Below, piece after piece: positions 19,538-28,837 of a stretch of 64,000 bases of DNA. Below the pieces are notes generated by a model, which searched no databases, was not told where the DNA came from, and worked only from the letters and a program-made list of their open reading frames with translations. How positions within the stretch are numbered: position 1 is the first letter of the stretch; each line of letters opens with the position of its first letter. Both the position numbers and the translations under genes were made by a program. Origin of the DNA: an uncultured Acidobacteriota bacterium (GTDB lineage Bacteria > Acidobacteriota > UBA6911); contig CAWHCF010000023.1 of assembly GCA_963827655.1 (NCBI GenBank), positions 352,001 to 416,000 of the forward strand. Reading direction: 5' to 3'.

Positions 19538-20902
19538 CTAGGCTTCCATGCCATAGGACTTCAGTTTGTTGCGGATGGTCTTCACGTCAAGCCCGAGGCG
19601 GCGGGCGGCCTCGGCTTTGTTGTGTCCGGCTTTTTCAAGAGTTTTCAGTATTAATTCTTTTTCAGCCTCGGCGGCGGTGACTCCTATCGGAAGAACAATC
19701 TTTGCTGCCGAGTCAGCTCCAGGGTTCTGGACGTAGGGGGGGAGGTGCGAAACCTCGACCCAGTCGCCTCGGGCCAGGATGACCGCTCTCTCCATGACGT
19801 TTCGGAGCTCTCGTACGTTGCCCGGCCACGAGTAGTTTCTTAACAGCTCGAGAGCCTGCTCACGTAGACCATTCACCCGAGAGTTATGCTTGCGATTGAA
19901 TTCCACGATGAAATGCTGGGCCAGGAGCTGGATGTCCCCCTTTCGCTCGCGAAGAGAAGGCAGAGCCACGGTAAATACGTTGAGCCGGTAGTAAAGATCC
20001 TCGCGAAGATTGCCACTCTCGAGTGCGTTCCGGGGCTCCTGATTGGTGGCGGCGAGGACCCTCACGTCGAAGCTGAACTCCTGCCTACCCCCAAGGCGAC
20101 GGACCTTTCCATCTTCGAGAACCCGAAGAAGCTTGGGCTGCAAGTTCAAAGGCATTTCGGCGATTTCATCCAGGAAGAGGGTCCCGCGATTTGCGAGCTC
20201 GAAACAACCCGCGCGAATGCCGACGGCCCCGGTGAAAGCGCCTTTTTCATGCCCGAAGATCTCGCTCTCCATCAGGTTTTCCGGAATAGCGGCAGCGTTT
20301 ATCGCAACGAAGGGGCCGGTCGATCGCGCGCTGAGGTTGTGAATGGTTCGCGCAACCAGTTCTTTCCCTGTTCCGCTTTCCCCGGTCACGATGACGGAAG
20401 CGTCGCTTGTCCCCAGACTCTGGATCAACTCGTAAACCTCGCGCATTCCCTTGCTGGTGCCCACAAAATCTCCGAAACCGGCCCCTTTCTCCAGCTGAGA
20501 GGTCAGTTTCCGCGACTCCTGGCGAAGCTCGATATCCCGTTGCGCCACTTCCAGTATGGCCTTGAATTTTTCGTAGTCGAGCGGCTTGGTTACAAAATCC
20601 AGCGCCCCCTGTTTCATTGCCTCCACCGCCATGTCGATGCTTCCCTGCGCCGTGACCAGGATTACCGGACGGTCGGATTTATCGCCCTTTAGCGATCGAA
20701 GCAGCTCCAAACCGGACGCCTGCGGCATGACAACGTCGGTTACAACGATATCGGGATCATAGGATTCGGCCAGCTCTTTCCCCTGGGTTCCATCACCTGC
20801 GCTCCGGACCTCGTACCCCCAATCCTGAAGGAGCAACTCGAGCACCTCGCGCATCGCCGGTTCGTCATCAACTACCAGAATCTTCGTTTTGCGGTGAATC
20901 AT
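19538..20902 (-). CDS. Sigma54-dependent NtrC-family response regulator
   Basis: REC domain, GESGTGKE, GAFTGA, FLDEI, WPGNVREL, Fis-type HTH. Confidence 0.96.
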   Translation of the reverse strand: MIHRKTKILVVDDEPAMREVLELLLQDWGYEVRSAGDGTQGKELAESYDPDIVVTDVVMPQASGLELLRSLKGDKSDRPVILVTAQGSIDMAVEAMKQGALDFVTKPLDYEKFKAILEVAQRDIELRQESRKLTSQLEKGAGFGDFVGTSKGMREVYELIQSLGTSDASVIVTGESGTGKELVARTIHNLSARSTGPFVAINAAAIPENLMESEIFGHEKGAFTGAVGIRAGCFELANRGTLFLDEIAEMPLNLQPKLLRVLEDGKVRRLGGRQEFSFDVRVLAATNQEPRNALESGNLREDLYYRLNVFTVALPSLRERKGDIQLLAQHFIVEFNRKHNSRVNGLREQALELLRNYSWPGNVRELRNVMERAVILARGDWVEVSHLPPYVQNPGADSAAKIVLPIGVTAAEAEKELILKTLEKAGHNKAEAARRLGLDVKTIRNKLKSYGMEA

Positions 20903-21029
20903 AAGTCCTTTCCCCTGCCGCATGACATTGTCGTCGTCACATTCAAAAAAGGCTCATGCCCCGCAAGGGGGGTAGCCCGTAGTATACCGGATTCCTACTC
21001 GCAGGCCAATTCACCAACAGGGCCCAGCG

Positions 21030-21163
21030 GGGAAATTTCTCCCTGATTCCTTCGCCGGCCTCCGAAGGTCTCGGGCCGCCAGTGCCCGCCAACCTCGTAA
21101 TCCTTTGTCACACAACGAGTTTTCCCGCGATCTCCCAGAGCCTGGTTTGGGAACGACAATTGC
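21030..21163 (+). promoter_or_regulatory. Putative sigma54 promoter (GG 21150-21151, GC 21162-21163) with candidate upstream enhancer
   Basis: GGGAACG-ACAA-TTGC fits GG-N10-GC; imperfect IR GGGAAATTTCTCCC about 110 bp upstream. Confidence 0.55.
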
Positions 21164-21260
21164 GACGCCATGGACGTAGGACGTAACGTAATGGGACGTA
21201 AAGGGACGTAAGCCCCGCAGGATCAGGGGAAACCCAATCGCGCGGTTTGCGACTGAGTAT

Positions 21261-21704
21261 ATGGATACCACAGGAAAGCCGTCGGTCCTTTTGGCCGGTC
21301 ACACGCGATACTCGCTGGAACTGTTAAGGAATGCGTTATCGGAATGGGGTTATCTGGTAATCGAGGCGCAAACCACCCGGGAGTTAATCGCCGTTCTACG
21401 TAAACCCTCGCTGGTAATCGCTGATCTCACGACCCTGGGACTCCAGGCACCCAACCTGCTCGTTACGATCAATTACTTTCGCCCTGGAATCCCGGTCATC
21501 CTGGTTCACGACTATCCGACGCTGAATGAGGCATTGGCCGCGCTGAAAGCCGGGGCAGAGGATTTTTTCCCGCAGCCTGTTGACTACGCCCGACTGAAGC
21601 TGGTGGTGGAGAGGAGTCTGGCGAGAAGCCCGCGTGGCCTCTGCGACGAGGAAGATTCTGGCCATGAATTTCAAGAGACTCATTCGACCTTCCGATTCCG
21701 GTAA
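21261..21704 (+). CDS. Atypical stand-alone receiver domain
   Basis: REC-like pattern (LVIADL, PVILV, ALKAGAEDF) with non-canonical active-site residues. Confidence 0.8.
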   Translation: MDTTGKPSVLLAGHTRYSLELLRNALSEWGYLVIEAQTTRELIAVLRKPSLVIADLTTLGLQAPNLLVTINYFRPGIPVILVHDYPTLNEALAALKAGAEDFFPQPVDYARLKLVVERSLARSPRGLCDEEDSGHEFQETHSTFRFR

Positions 21705-22025
21705 CCGCCGGCCGGAATTAAATCCGCCGTAGCCTTCTGCTCAAGGACTTTGGTCCCCCAAGCCGGTACCTTTTCCCTTCTCCTGGCGGCCGGTACCCGT
21801 GCTCCAGGTTCGGCTTCGTGCTCTGGCAAGTCAAAACGCGAGCCTGACCTGGATCGCGGCGACAGTATCTTCTGGTTTCCATAGCGTCTCCAGTCATTAT
21901 TTTATCCGTAAGTATAAAGAAACAAAGACGCATAGCTCCGCCTGCTTCCCCGTGCTACAGAAACTTTTGCTCACCTGTTGAATCCAATACAGAGTGATCT
22001 GACGCTGCGGTTGTTGAGAAAGGAG

Positions 22026-23453
22026 ATGGGGAATGAGAGACAATCGTCCAAGAGAAAACCGAAATTGAGAAATCATCCATATTCCGTTGCCAAGGCGGGC
22101 CACGCGGCGACCCTGGTGCTTGCCCTCCTATCGATTCTGGTCCCAGCCGTTCTTGCCGAAAGAACCCAACTCAAGCCGGGCTGGAATATTTTCTCGGCCC
22201 AGCAGGACGTTGAGATCGGCCGCGAAGTATCGAAAGACGCCGAGCGCCAGCTCCCGATACTCAATGACAGACGTGTCGATAGCTATCTGAACAAGCTGGG
22301 ACAGCGGCTCGCCGCCAAAGCTCCCGGAGAACGCTACCCGTATCAGTTCAAGGCGGTCAACGATTCCAGCATCAATGCTTTCGCCCTGCCGGGCGGATTT
22401 CTCTACGTCAATCGCGGCGTGATCGAAGCTGCCGACAACGAAGCTCAGCTTGCCGGCGTCATGGGGCACGAAATCGGCCACGTGGCGCTGCGACACGGAA
22501 CCAATCAAGCGAGCTAAGGCCTACGCGTATCAGGTGCCGCTCAGCATCCTGGGCGGAGTCGTGGGAAGTAACTCTATCGGGGGTATCCTGGCGCAGATCG
22601 GCGCGGGGTTTGCGGTCAATTCGGTTCTTCTGAAGTACTCGCGCGATGCCGAGCGGCAGGCTGACCTGATCGGTACCCAGATCCTCTATGACAACGGTAA
22701 CGATCCCCGGGCGATGGCCCAATTCTTCGAGAAGCTGCAGGAAGGGAAGGGGGGACGAGGACCGGAATGGTTCAGCAGCCACCCCAATCCAGAGAACCGC
22801 GTTGGCAACATCACCAAGGAAATCGAAAAGCTGGGCGGGCATCGATCTTATCGAAACGATTCTACTGAATTCCAAGAGATCCAGAGATACGTGCAGTCGC
22901 TGCCTGCGCCCGCGCGAGGCCTCGCCCAACAGCGGCCTCAGCAGCCTGGCGGTCAGCGACCTGGGCAGCCCTCCGGCCGCTTGCAGACCTTCGAGAACAA
23001 TCTCGTACGCTTCCAGTACCCGGATAACTGGCGCGTCTATCAGCAGGGCGACGCGGTTACACTGGCGCCCGATGGCGGAATTGTCAACGACAACCGCGGG
23101 CGCGGGCAGCTGGCTCGCACGGCGTAATTCTGTCGGCATTCGAGCCCCGCCGCGACCGGCACTCCCAGATCACCCTCGAAGCAGCCACCGATCAACTCAT
23201 CGATAACCTGCAGGAGTCGAATCCCGGGATGCGCATAGCTCGAGACCACGGCCAGACGAGAGTCGGCGGCCAGCCGGCGCTCTCTACTCAACTGACCAAC
23301 GATTCCCCTGTCGGGGGAGCCGAAGTCGATTGGCTCGTTACCGTGCTGCGTCCCGAGGGGTTGATCTACTTCGTCTTCGTATCGCCCGAACAGGATTTCC
23401 GCGAATTCAGCCGAGGCTTCGATAACATCCTCAAGACCGTACGCTTCCGATGA
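22026..23453 (+). CDS. M48 family metallopeptidase (BepA-like) with C-terminal extension; frameshifts near 22513 and 23115
   Basis: NAFALPGG, HEIGH, YSRDAERQAD and SSHP spread over ORF pieces 21978, 22450 and 23229. Confidence 0.85.
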
Positions 23454-23525
23454 CGCCGGGGTTTAGCGTCCTTGGGTCTTCGTGGTAGACTGTGATCCGA
23501 ACAATCACTAGACCGCGAGACCCGA

Positions 23526-24191
23526 GTGGAACCCCGAGTCCAAGTATCGCTCGACGTTACATCCATCGATGAAGCTCTCGAGCTTGCCAGACAGGCCATC
23601 GAGGCCGGTATCGACTGGCTCGAGGCTGGAACTCCGCTGATCCTGGCCGAGGGTTTGCACGGCGTGCGAGCTCTGCGCCATGATTTTCCCGGTATTCCGA
23701 TCGTCGCCGACCTGAAAACCATGGATGGCGGCTACCTCGAGGCCGAGATGATGGCCAAGGCCGGCGCTTCCATGGTGGTGGTGATGGGGCAGGCCCATCC
23801 CGCGACAATCAAGGTCGTCGTAAAAGCAGCAAGAGACTACAACCTGAAGGTCATGGGAGACAACCTGGCTGCCCCGGATAAGGCCGCATGCGCCAGAATG
23901 ATGGAGGATCTCGGCGTCGACTACATCGTCCACCACACCGGCTACGATGAAAGACGAGAGATTACCGCCAGCCCACTCGACGAGCTGGATCGTGTCGTCA
24001 AGGCTGTGTCGATTCCGGTTCAAGCGGTCGGAGGACTTACCATAGAGCAGGCGATCTCGATGCCGAAACGGGGCGCTCCGCTGGTGGTCCTCGGCGCCCC
24101 ACTCGTTATTGATGCGGATTCATTCCGAGCTGCCGAAACCGACCTGGTTTCGATCCTGCGAAATATCGTTCACCGAATCAAGGAGAGTTGA
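23526..24191 (+). CDS. 3-hexulose-6-phosphate synthase / KGPDC family
   Basis: QVSLD, EAGTPLI, ADLKTMDGG, HHTGYD. Confidence 0.88.
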   Translation: MEPRVQVSLDVTSIDEALELARQAIEAGIDWLEAGTPLILAEGLHGVRALRHDFPGIPIVADLKTMDGGYLEAEMMAKAGASMVVVMGQAHPATIKVVVKAARDYNLKVMGDNLAAPDKAACARMMEDLGVDYIVHHTGYDERREITASPLDELDRVVKAVSIPVQAVGGLTIEQAISMPKRGAPLVVLGAPLVIDADSFRAAETDLVSILRNIVHRIKES

Positions 24192-24194
24192 TCG

Positions 24195-25259
24195 ATGACC
24201 CAGACGATGCCCGCAATCGTTCACTACGAGCACAAAGACAAGGCCGTTGAAATCAGGGAGGTCCCTGTTCCTGAGATCGGGGAGGATGAGGTTCTCCTCC
24301 AGGTTCGTTCGGTGTCAGTGTGCGGAAGTGACGTACATATGTGGCGGAACGTGCTGGGGCACAAACCGCGCGTCCCCGTGATCCTGGGCCACGAATTCTC
24401 GGGCGTCATTGCCCGGACCGGGCGGCGGGTAAGCGGGTTCAAGGAAGGAGATCGCGTGGCCAGCGAGACCGCCGCTGAAATCTGCGGCGCCTGCATGCTT
24501 TGCCGCACCGGTCTGTATAACCTGTGTCCGAAACGCAAGGGATTCGGGCACTACGCCGATGGCGCGATGACTCGCTTTGCCAAGGTCCCGGTTCGCTGCC
24601 TGCACCATCTGCCCGACCGGCTTCCGTTCAGAAGGGCCGCGCTCCTTGAACCTTCCAGCGTTGCTTACCACTGCTCGGCCGTGAATACGCGCGTCCGCCC
24701 CGGTGATTTCGTGGTGATCTTGGGGCCAGGCCCCATAGGGCTTCTGTCTCTCCAGGTCGCTCGGCTCCAGGGAGCAGGGGCGGTTTTCATCTCAGGGATT
24801 GAAGAGGATGCGCCGCGCCTGGAAATCGCAGTTCGACAACTGGGCGCCGATAGAGCGATAAATGGCTCCCACGAGGATCCTGTCGAGGTGGTCCAATCGT
24901 TCAGCGACGGACTCGGGGCCGACATCGTCATCGATGCGGTCGGCATTTCCGCAACTTTGAAGCAAAGCATCGAGATGGTTCGACCCGGCGGGCAGATCAC
25001 CAAGGTAGGGTGGGGACCTGCGCCGATCGGATTCAGCCTCGATCCGCTGGTCGCCAAGGGTGCCACCTTGCAGGGGAGCTTCTCTCACAACTACAAGACC
25101 TGGGAGCGCGTGATCGAACTGGTTACCGATGGCAAGATCAACGTCGACCCGCTGATCAGCCGCGTTGCCCCGCTCGAAGGTTGGCACGAAGCTTTTTCGA
25201 AGATGGAAGAACGGGTCGAAGTCAAGGCGGTTCTGACACCCAACGGACCGGTCGATTGA
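24195..25259 (+). CDS. Zn-dependent alcohol/polyol dehydrogenase (MDR)
   Basis: CGSD, GHEFSG, CxxCxxCx7C, GPGPIG. Confidence 0.93.
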   Translation: MTQTMPAIVHYEHKDKAVEIREVPVPEIGEDEVLLQVRSVSVCGSDVHMWRNVLGHKPRVPVILGHEFSGVIARTGRRVSGFKEGDRVASETAAEICGACMLCRTGLYNLCPKRKGFGHYADGAMTRFAKVPVRCLHHLPDRLPFRRAALLEPSSVAYHCSAVNTRVRPGDFVVILGPGPIGLLSLQVARLQGAGAVFISGIEEDAPRLEIAVRQLGADRAINGSHEDPVEVVQSFSDGLGADIVIDAVGISATLKQSIEMVRPGGQITKVGWGPAPIGFSLDPLVAKGATLQGSFSHNYKTWERVIELVTDGKINVDPLISRVAPLEGWHEAFSKMEERVEVKAVLTPNGPVD

Positions 25260-25278
25260 CGATTGACGATTGACGATT
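25254..25278 (+). repeat. (GATTGAC)n array overlapping the stop codon
   Basis: GAT-TGA end of the gene is the first unit; 3+ units. Confidence 0.9.
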
Positions 25279-25563
25279 TCAGGCCGCGCGTTTTCCTTGC
25301 GTCTTCGGAGTCTACTGTGCGCACCTCGACGCAATGCGACTTCCTTCTCGCTTTCTGTTGGTCGCCTGTATCCTTGGAGGAGGCGCGCTAATCACGCATT
25401 CCGCAAGGGAGAAGCACCCCTCGCATACACACGAGGCGGTTCAGAATCCAGTATCGATTATTGCGAAGGTACCTAACGTTGCAACACTGAGGTGCCGGCT
25501 ATGAACATGCCCGGTACTTCCCTTCGGCTGTGGACACCGCCAAGGCACCACAGAGTGAAATCG

Positions 25564-25812
25564 TCAGTCGTGAAAGAACCAGGGCTGCAGATCAGATTCC
25601 GGCAAGAACCTCGAGGCCTGTCGAAAGATAGCGTGAACCGTTCCAGCGGATAAGGTTTTGTGCAATGGAACGGTAAGGGTCTGTCTTTCCCCGTTGGGCA
25701 GAATCCGACGGAGCTTTGCGTGACTGCCACGCGTTGCGACGACCTCGAACCCAAATGATCTTAGTGCCCTCAGCACCTCCCGGGCTCCAAGTTCCCTAAT
25801 TCGGGGCGGCAT
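25564..25812 (-). CDS. hicA: HicA family toxin
   Basis: 82 aa; GF..RGSH..TVPLH..L..GT..I pattern. Confidence 0.92.
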   Translation of the reverse strand: MPPRIRELGAREVLRALRSFGFEVVATRGSHAKLRRILPNGERQTLTVPLHKTLSAGTVHAIFRQASRFLPESDLQPWFFHD

Positions 25813-26377
25813 CTAACTGCAGCCGGACCTCGTATGTCATTACGAGCCGGGGATTCGTCGTAACGCCAAATATCTCGCGGTCCCCCTCGAGATGAAGACC
25901 GATCGCGTCCTGAAGGTTCGAAACCAGTTCGTCTAAAGTCCTTCCTTGCGAAACGACGGCAACCTCGAGACACTCCCCGACGTAAAAGCCTTCGCTCCGA
26001 TATGTCACAGCATGGATAGCATCCCGTACGACCGTTCCTGGCAGGGTCGTGTATCCGGCCACTTGCTCAGCCACTCTCGGTGCCCCGAGTTGAGATTGAA
26101 AGGACTCAAGGCTCTTTTTCGTCCGACGGAGCTTCTCTTCGGTTCTATATGGGGGAAGGATTTCATAGACACCTCGGCCTAACCTCCGAAAATAGTCCCA
26201 TTTGTGCGGATGATTTTTCGGAGCATTCACGCAACATCGGCTTACAACGTGTGTGCGAACCGAGCGCTCGTTGAGATGCGGCAGGGCCAGTACGACCTCT
26301 GCCAGCGTGAACGTCCAGCCTCCGCGTTCGCGACAAAGCCGTCTGGCTGTCTTCAGCACTTCATGATGGATGGGCAC
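25796..26377 (-). CDS. HicB-like antitoxin with an extra N-terminal winged-helix-like domain
   Basis: C-terminal YVGECLE..SQGRTLDEL..L.DAI.L.LE HicB pattern; overlaps hicA. Confidence 0.8.
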   Translation of the reverse strand: MPIHHEVLKTARRLCRERGGWTFTLAEVVLALPHLNERSVRTHVVSRCCVNAPKNHPHKWDYFRRLGRGVYEILPPYRTEEKLRRTKKSLESFQSQLGAPRVAEQVAGYTTLPGTVVRDAIHAVTYRSEGFYVGECLEVAVVSQGRTLDELVSNLQDAIGLHLEGDREIFGVTTNPRLVMTYEVRLQLDAAPN

Positions 26378-26406
26378 AGTTAACCTGCGCAGAAAGTTGA
26401 GACCTC

Positions 26407-26437
26407 AAACTATACTTGTAAATCATTATTGTCAAGT
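26407..26437 (-). promoter_or_regulatory. Sigma70 promoter with overlapping imperfect IR (candidate TA operator)
   Basis: Minus strand TTGACA-N17-TAGTTT; IR ACTTG..AAT/ATT..CAAGT at 26414-26437. Confidence 0.6.
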
Positions 26438-26547
26438 TGATTTTTGTGAAGGCGATCGGCTGCCCATGAAGGACGCAGGAAGCTTGGAAGTGACCGCTGA
26501 GACTTATGTGCATCCGGCCTATCTAATTGATTACGGTTCGGTGATGC

Positions 26548-28746
26548 ATGAAAGCCAGACGCACCGCGCGTTCCAGGCGCAGTCCCCTGGTCGCCGCGTT
26601 CATGTTGACTGCATTGACAGGCGCTTTTGTTACCGCATCGCACTCTGCCGAGCCTAGGCCGGCGCGCCTCGAAAAACATACATCCGAAGCCTTCGATCAA
26701 ATCCTCCGGGAAAACGCTCTTTTCTTCAACCTGCTCGTGACCTTCAGCTTCACTCTGGCGGTCGCCGACCCTGAATGGGGCGTGGGAGTCAACAACATCA
26801 ATGTAAATCTGATCACCCGAGCGGTTCGTGATGCGCGCGGCCGCCAGCTGGTTCGCGTCCGTGTGGCCGGCGTCGTGCGCAAGAACCACAACGTCGAACT
26901 CGATGTCCTGAATGACGGCGGAGCGCTCGTCGGAAAAGCCTTTTTCGGCTATTCGTCCGGCCAGATCACTTTCTTCGATCGGGCAAATCAGGCCATCATT
27001 AACGGCTTCATCGATTCCAGGGGAGACTTTCTTCTCGACGACCTGCGTCTGCCCCAGGGAAAACGCGCCCTCTCGAACGGCTTTGTCGATCCGTGCTTCG
27101 ACTGCAGCTATCTGAGTTACGGTTGGTGGGACGCGCTCGACTTTCAGATCGGAGCGGGAAGGATCTATCCCTCCTTCCTTGATGAAAGCCGAGCGCGCTT
27201 GTTCTGGACCTTCGATCGGGGTCGCCTGAACGAAAGCCAGCCGGCTTATGGCGAGGCTGAATACGATCTCATGGGGGAAACAACGGGCTCTATCAACAGC
27301 GTGTTGTTCGACACGGCACGAACTGCCGAGAGCTTTTTCGCCAATCCATACGGTCTGGTCCCCGAACCGGTGGGGAAATCTCTCATTCCCCGATTTGACG
27401 ATGCCAGTGGAATTGCCGTCACTAACCTCTCATCGAGTGACGCAGAGATAACTTATATTGCGCGGCGCTTTGACGGCTCTCTGGTCTCGGACAATGGAAT
27501 CGAGAATCCGGTTACGTACAGGTTTGCGGCCGGTCAGCAATTTGTCGCGTTTCCCTACGAGATCTTTCGATTGAACAGCCAGGACCGGCGTCCCATCCTG
27601 TCGCAAAACGAGGTCGGCTGGATGGAGATCTTCTCCGACGACGGCGATGTGCAATCGATGTTCCTCGATGCCGACTCTGCCGGCACAGCCCTGGATGGAA
27701 ACATTGGAGCGGAGACTGGTGGAACCACTCTGGTTTTCCCTGATCTCCGGCTGGGCGCCGGAGAAAGCACTCAAATCGCGCTCCTGAACCTGAGCTACGA
27801 CGGCCTGACCGTTCACCTGCAATTGCTGAATCGAGAAGGGTCCTTGCTGCGCGAAGAGCGCGAGTTCTTTATCGCCGGATACGGTTCCCGTACTTTCTAT
27901 CTGGGAGAGAGCTCAGAGTTTCTGAGCGTAAACGACCCGAGCCAGGTCGCCAGTCTCAAGGTTAGCTGTGGCGGCCAGAGCTCGAATTGCCCGCGGCTCA
28001 TCGGACTCGCGACTTTCCGGGACAGGTTCAATTCGCTGGCGAGCGCCTATGCCGTATCGGAGGAATCGGCAGGCGCGATACTCGCAGGACCTCATTTTGC
28101 AACCGGACGGAACGGCGACGGCGAATGGGAAACCGTGGTGAGGATCGCGCGGTTGAGCGGAGCGAGGTCTGCAGTGACGATCGATTTGTACGATGCCGGC
28201 GGAAGCAGGCTGCACACGATGGAACAGACGGTCTCGCCCGGAGGACAAGCGAGCTTTGCATTAAACAGTTCTACCCTTCCCTGGAGAGACCGATTCACCA
28301 CAGGCTACGTCCGAGTCCGCGCCGATTCGGGCGCCATCGCCGGAGGCGTCTCGCTAAGCTGGTCCAACGGGCGCGGCTCAATGTCGAGCACCTATCCACT
28401 GGCGAGCCAACTTTCCCCCCTCTTCCATTTCAACCAGGTCGCGCAAGGATCAGCCGGCGCGATCGACTACTGGACAGGGATCGCCCTGGTGAACGAGCTG
28501 GACAGGCCGGTGAACCTTACCGTGAGAGTCCTGCGCGAGGACGGCTCTTTGGATCGATCGGCGGATCTGACCTTGCGACCGCTCGAGCGATATGCTGCCC
28601 TGCTTTCCCAGATCTTTGAAGATTCAAGCTACACGCGTCTCAACGGCTACATCCAGGTCGCTGCATCTGAGCCCATCGCGGCCACCGTCCTCTACGGCGA
28701 TTCAACCAGCCGGTTCCTCTCCGCCGTTCCGGGTATTCCTCGCTGA
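26548..28746 (+). CDS. Large secreted beta-rich hypothetical protein with repeated Ig-like modules
   Basis: Signal peptide; recurring SGIAVTN/TQIALLN/TGIALVN and GW/GY motifs. Confidence 0.75.
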   Translation: MKARRTARSRRSPLVAAFMLTALTGAFVTASHSAEPRPARLEKHTSEAFDQILRENALFFNLLVTFSFTLAVADPEWGVGVNNINVNLITRAVRDARGRQLVRVRVAGVVRKNHNVELDVLNDGGALVGKAFFGYSSGQITFFDRANQAIINGFIDSRGDFLLDDLRLPQGKRALSNGFVDPCFDCSYLSYGWWDALDFQIGAGRIYPSFLDESRARLFWTFDRGRLNESQPAYGEAEYDLMGETTGSINSVLFDTARTAESFFANPYGLVPEPVGKSLIPRFDDASGIAVTNLSSSDAEITYIARRFDGSLVSDNGIENPVTYRFAAGQQFVAFPYEIFRLNSQDRRPILSQNEVGWMEIFSDDGDVQSMFLDADSAGTALDGNIGAETGGTTLVFPDLRLGAGESTQIALLNLSYDGLTVHLQLLNREGSLLREEREFFIAGYGSRTFYLGESSEFLSVNDPSQVASLKVSCGGQSSNCPRLIGLATFRDRFNSLASAYAVSEESAGAILAGPHFATGRNGDGEWETVVRIARLSGARSAVTIDLYDAGGSRLHTMEQTVSPGGQASFALNSSTLPWRDRFTTGYVRVRADSGAIAGGVSLSWSNGRGSMSSTYPLASQLSPLFHFNQVAQGSAGAIDYWTGIALVNELDRPVNLTVRVLREDGSLDRSADLTLRPLERYAALLSQIFEDSSYTRLNGYIQVAASEPIAATVLYGDSTSRFLSAVPGIPR

Positions 28747-28766
28747 ATCGGCAACCAAAAACCAAA

Positions 28767-28822
28767 TACCGCTAAGACGCGAAGACACGAAGAAATTCGA
28801 AGTCTTTTGAGTCTTGGTGGTA
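28767..28822. repeat. CCACGAAGACAC-family inverted repeat
   Basis: taccgctaagacgcgaagacacgaag ... gtcttggtggta. Confidence 0.8.
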
Positions 28823-28837
28823 GATTGGTTCTTCGCC

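Noticed and set aside
22500-23130. Programmed frameshifting in the M48 gene
   Set aside because: No slippery heptamer, and indels are widespread in this window.
25260-26540. Prophage or genomic island around hicAB
   Set aside because: No integrase, att repeats or tRNA seen.
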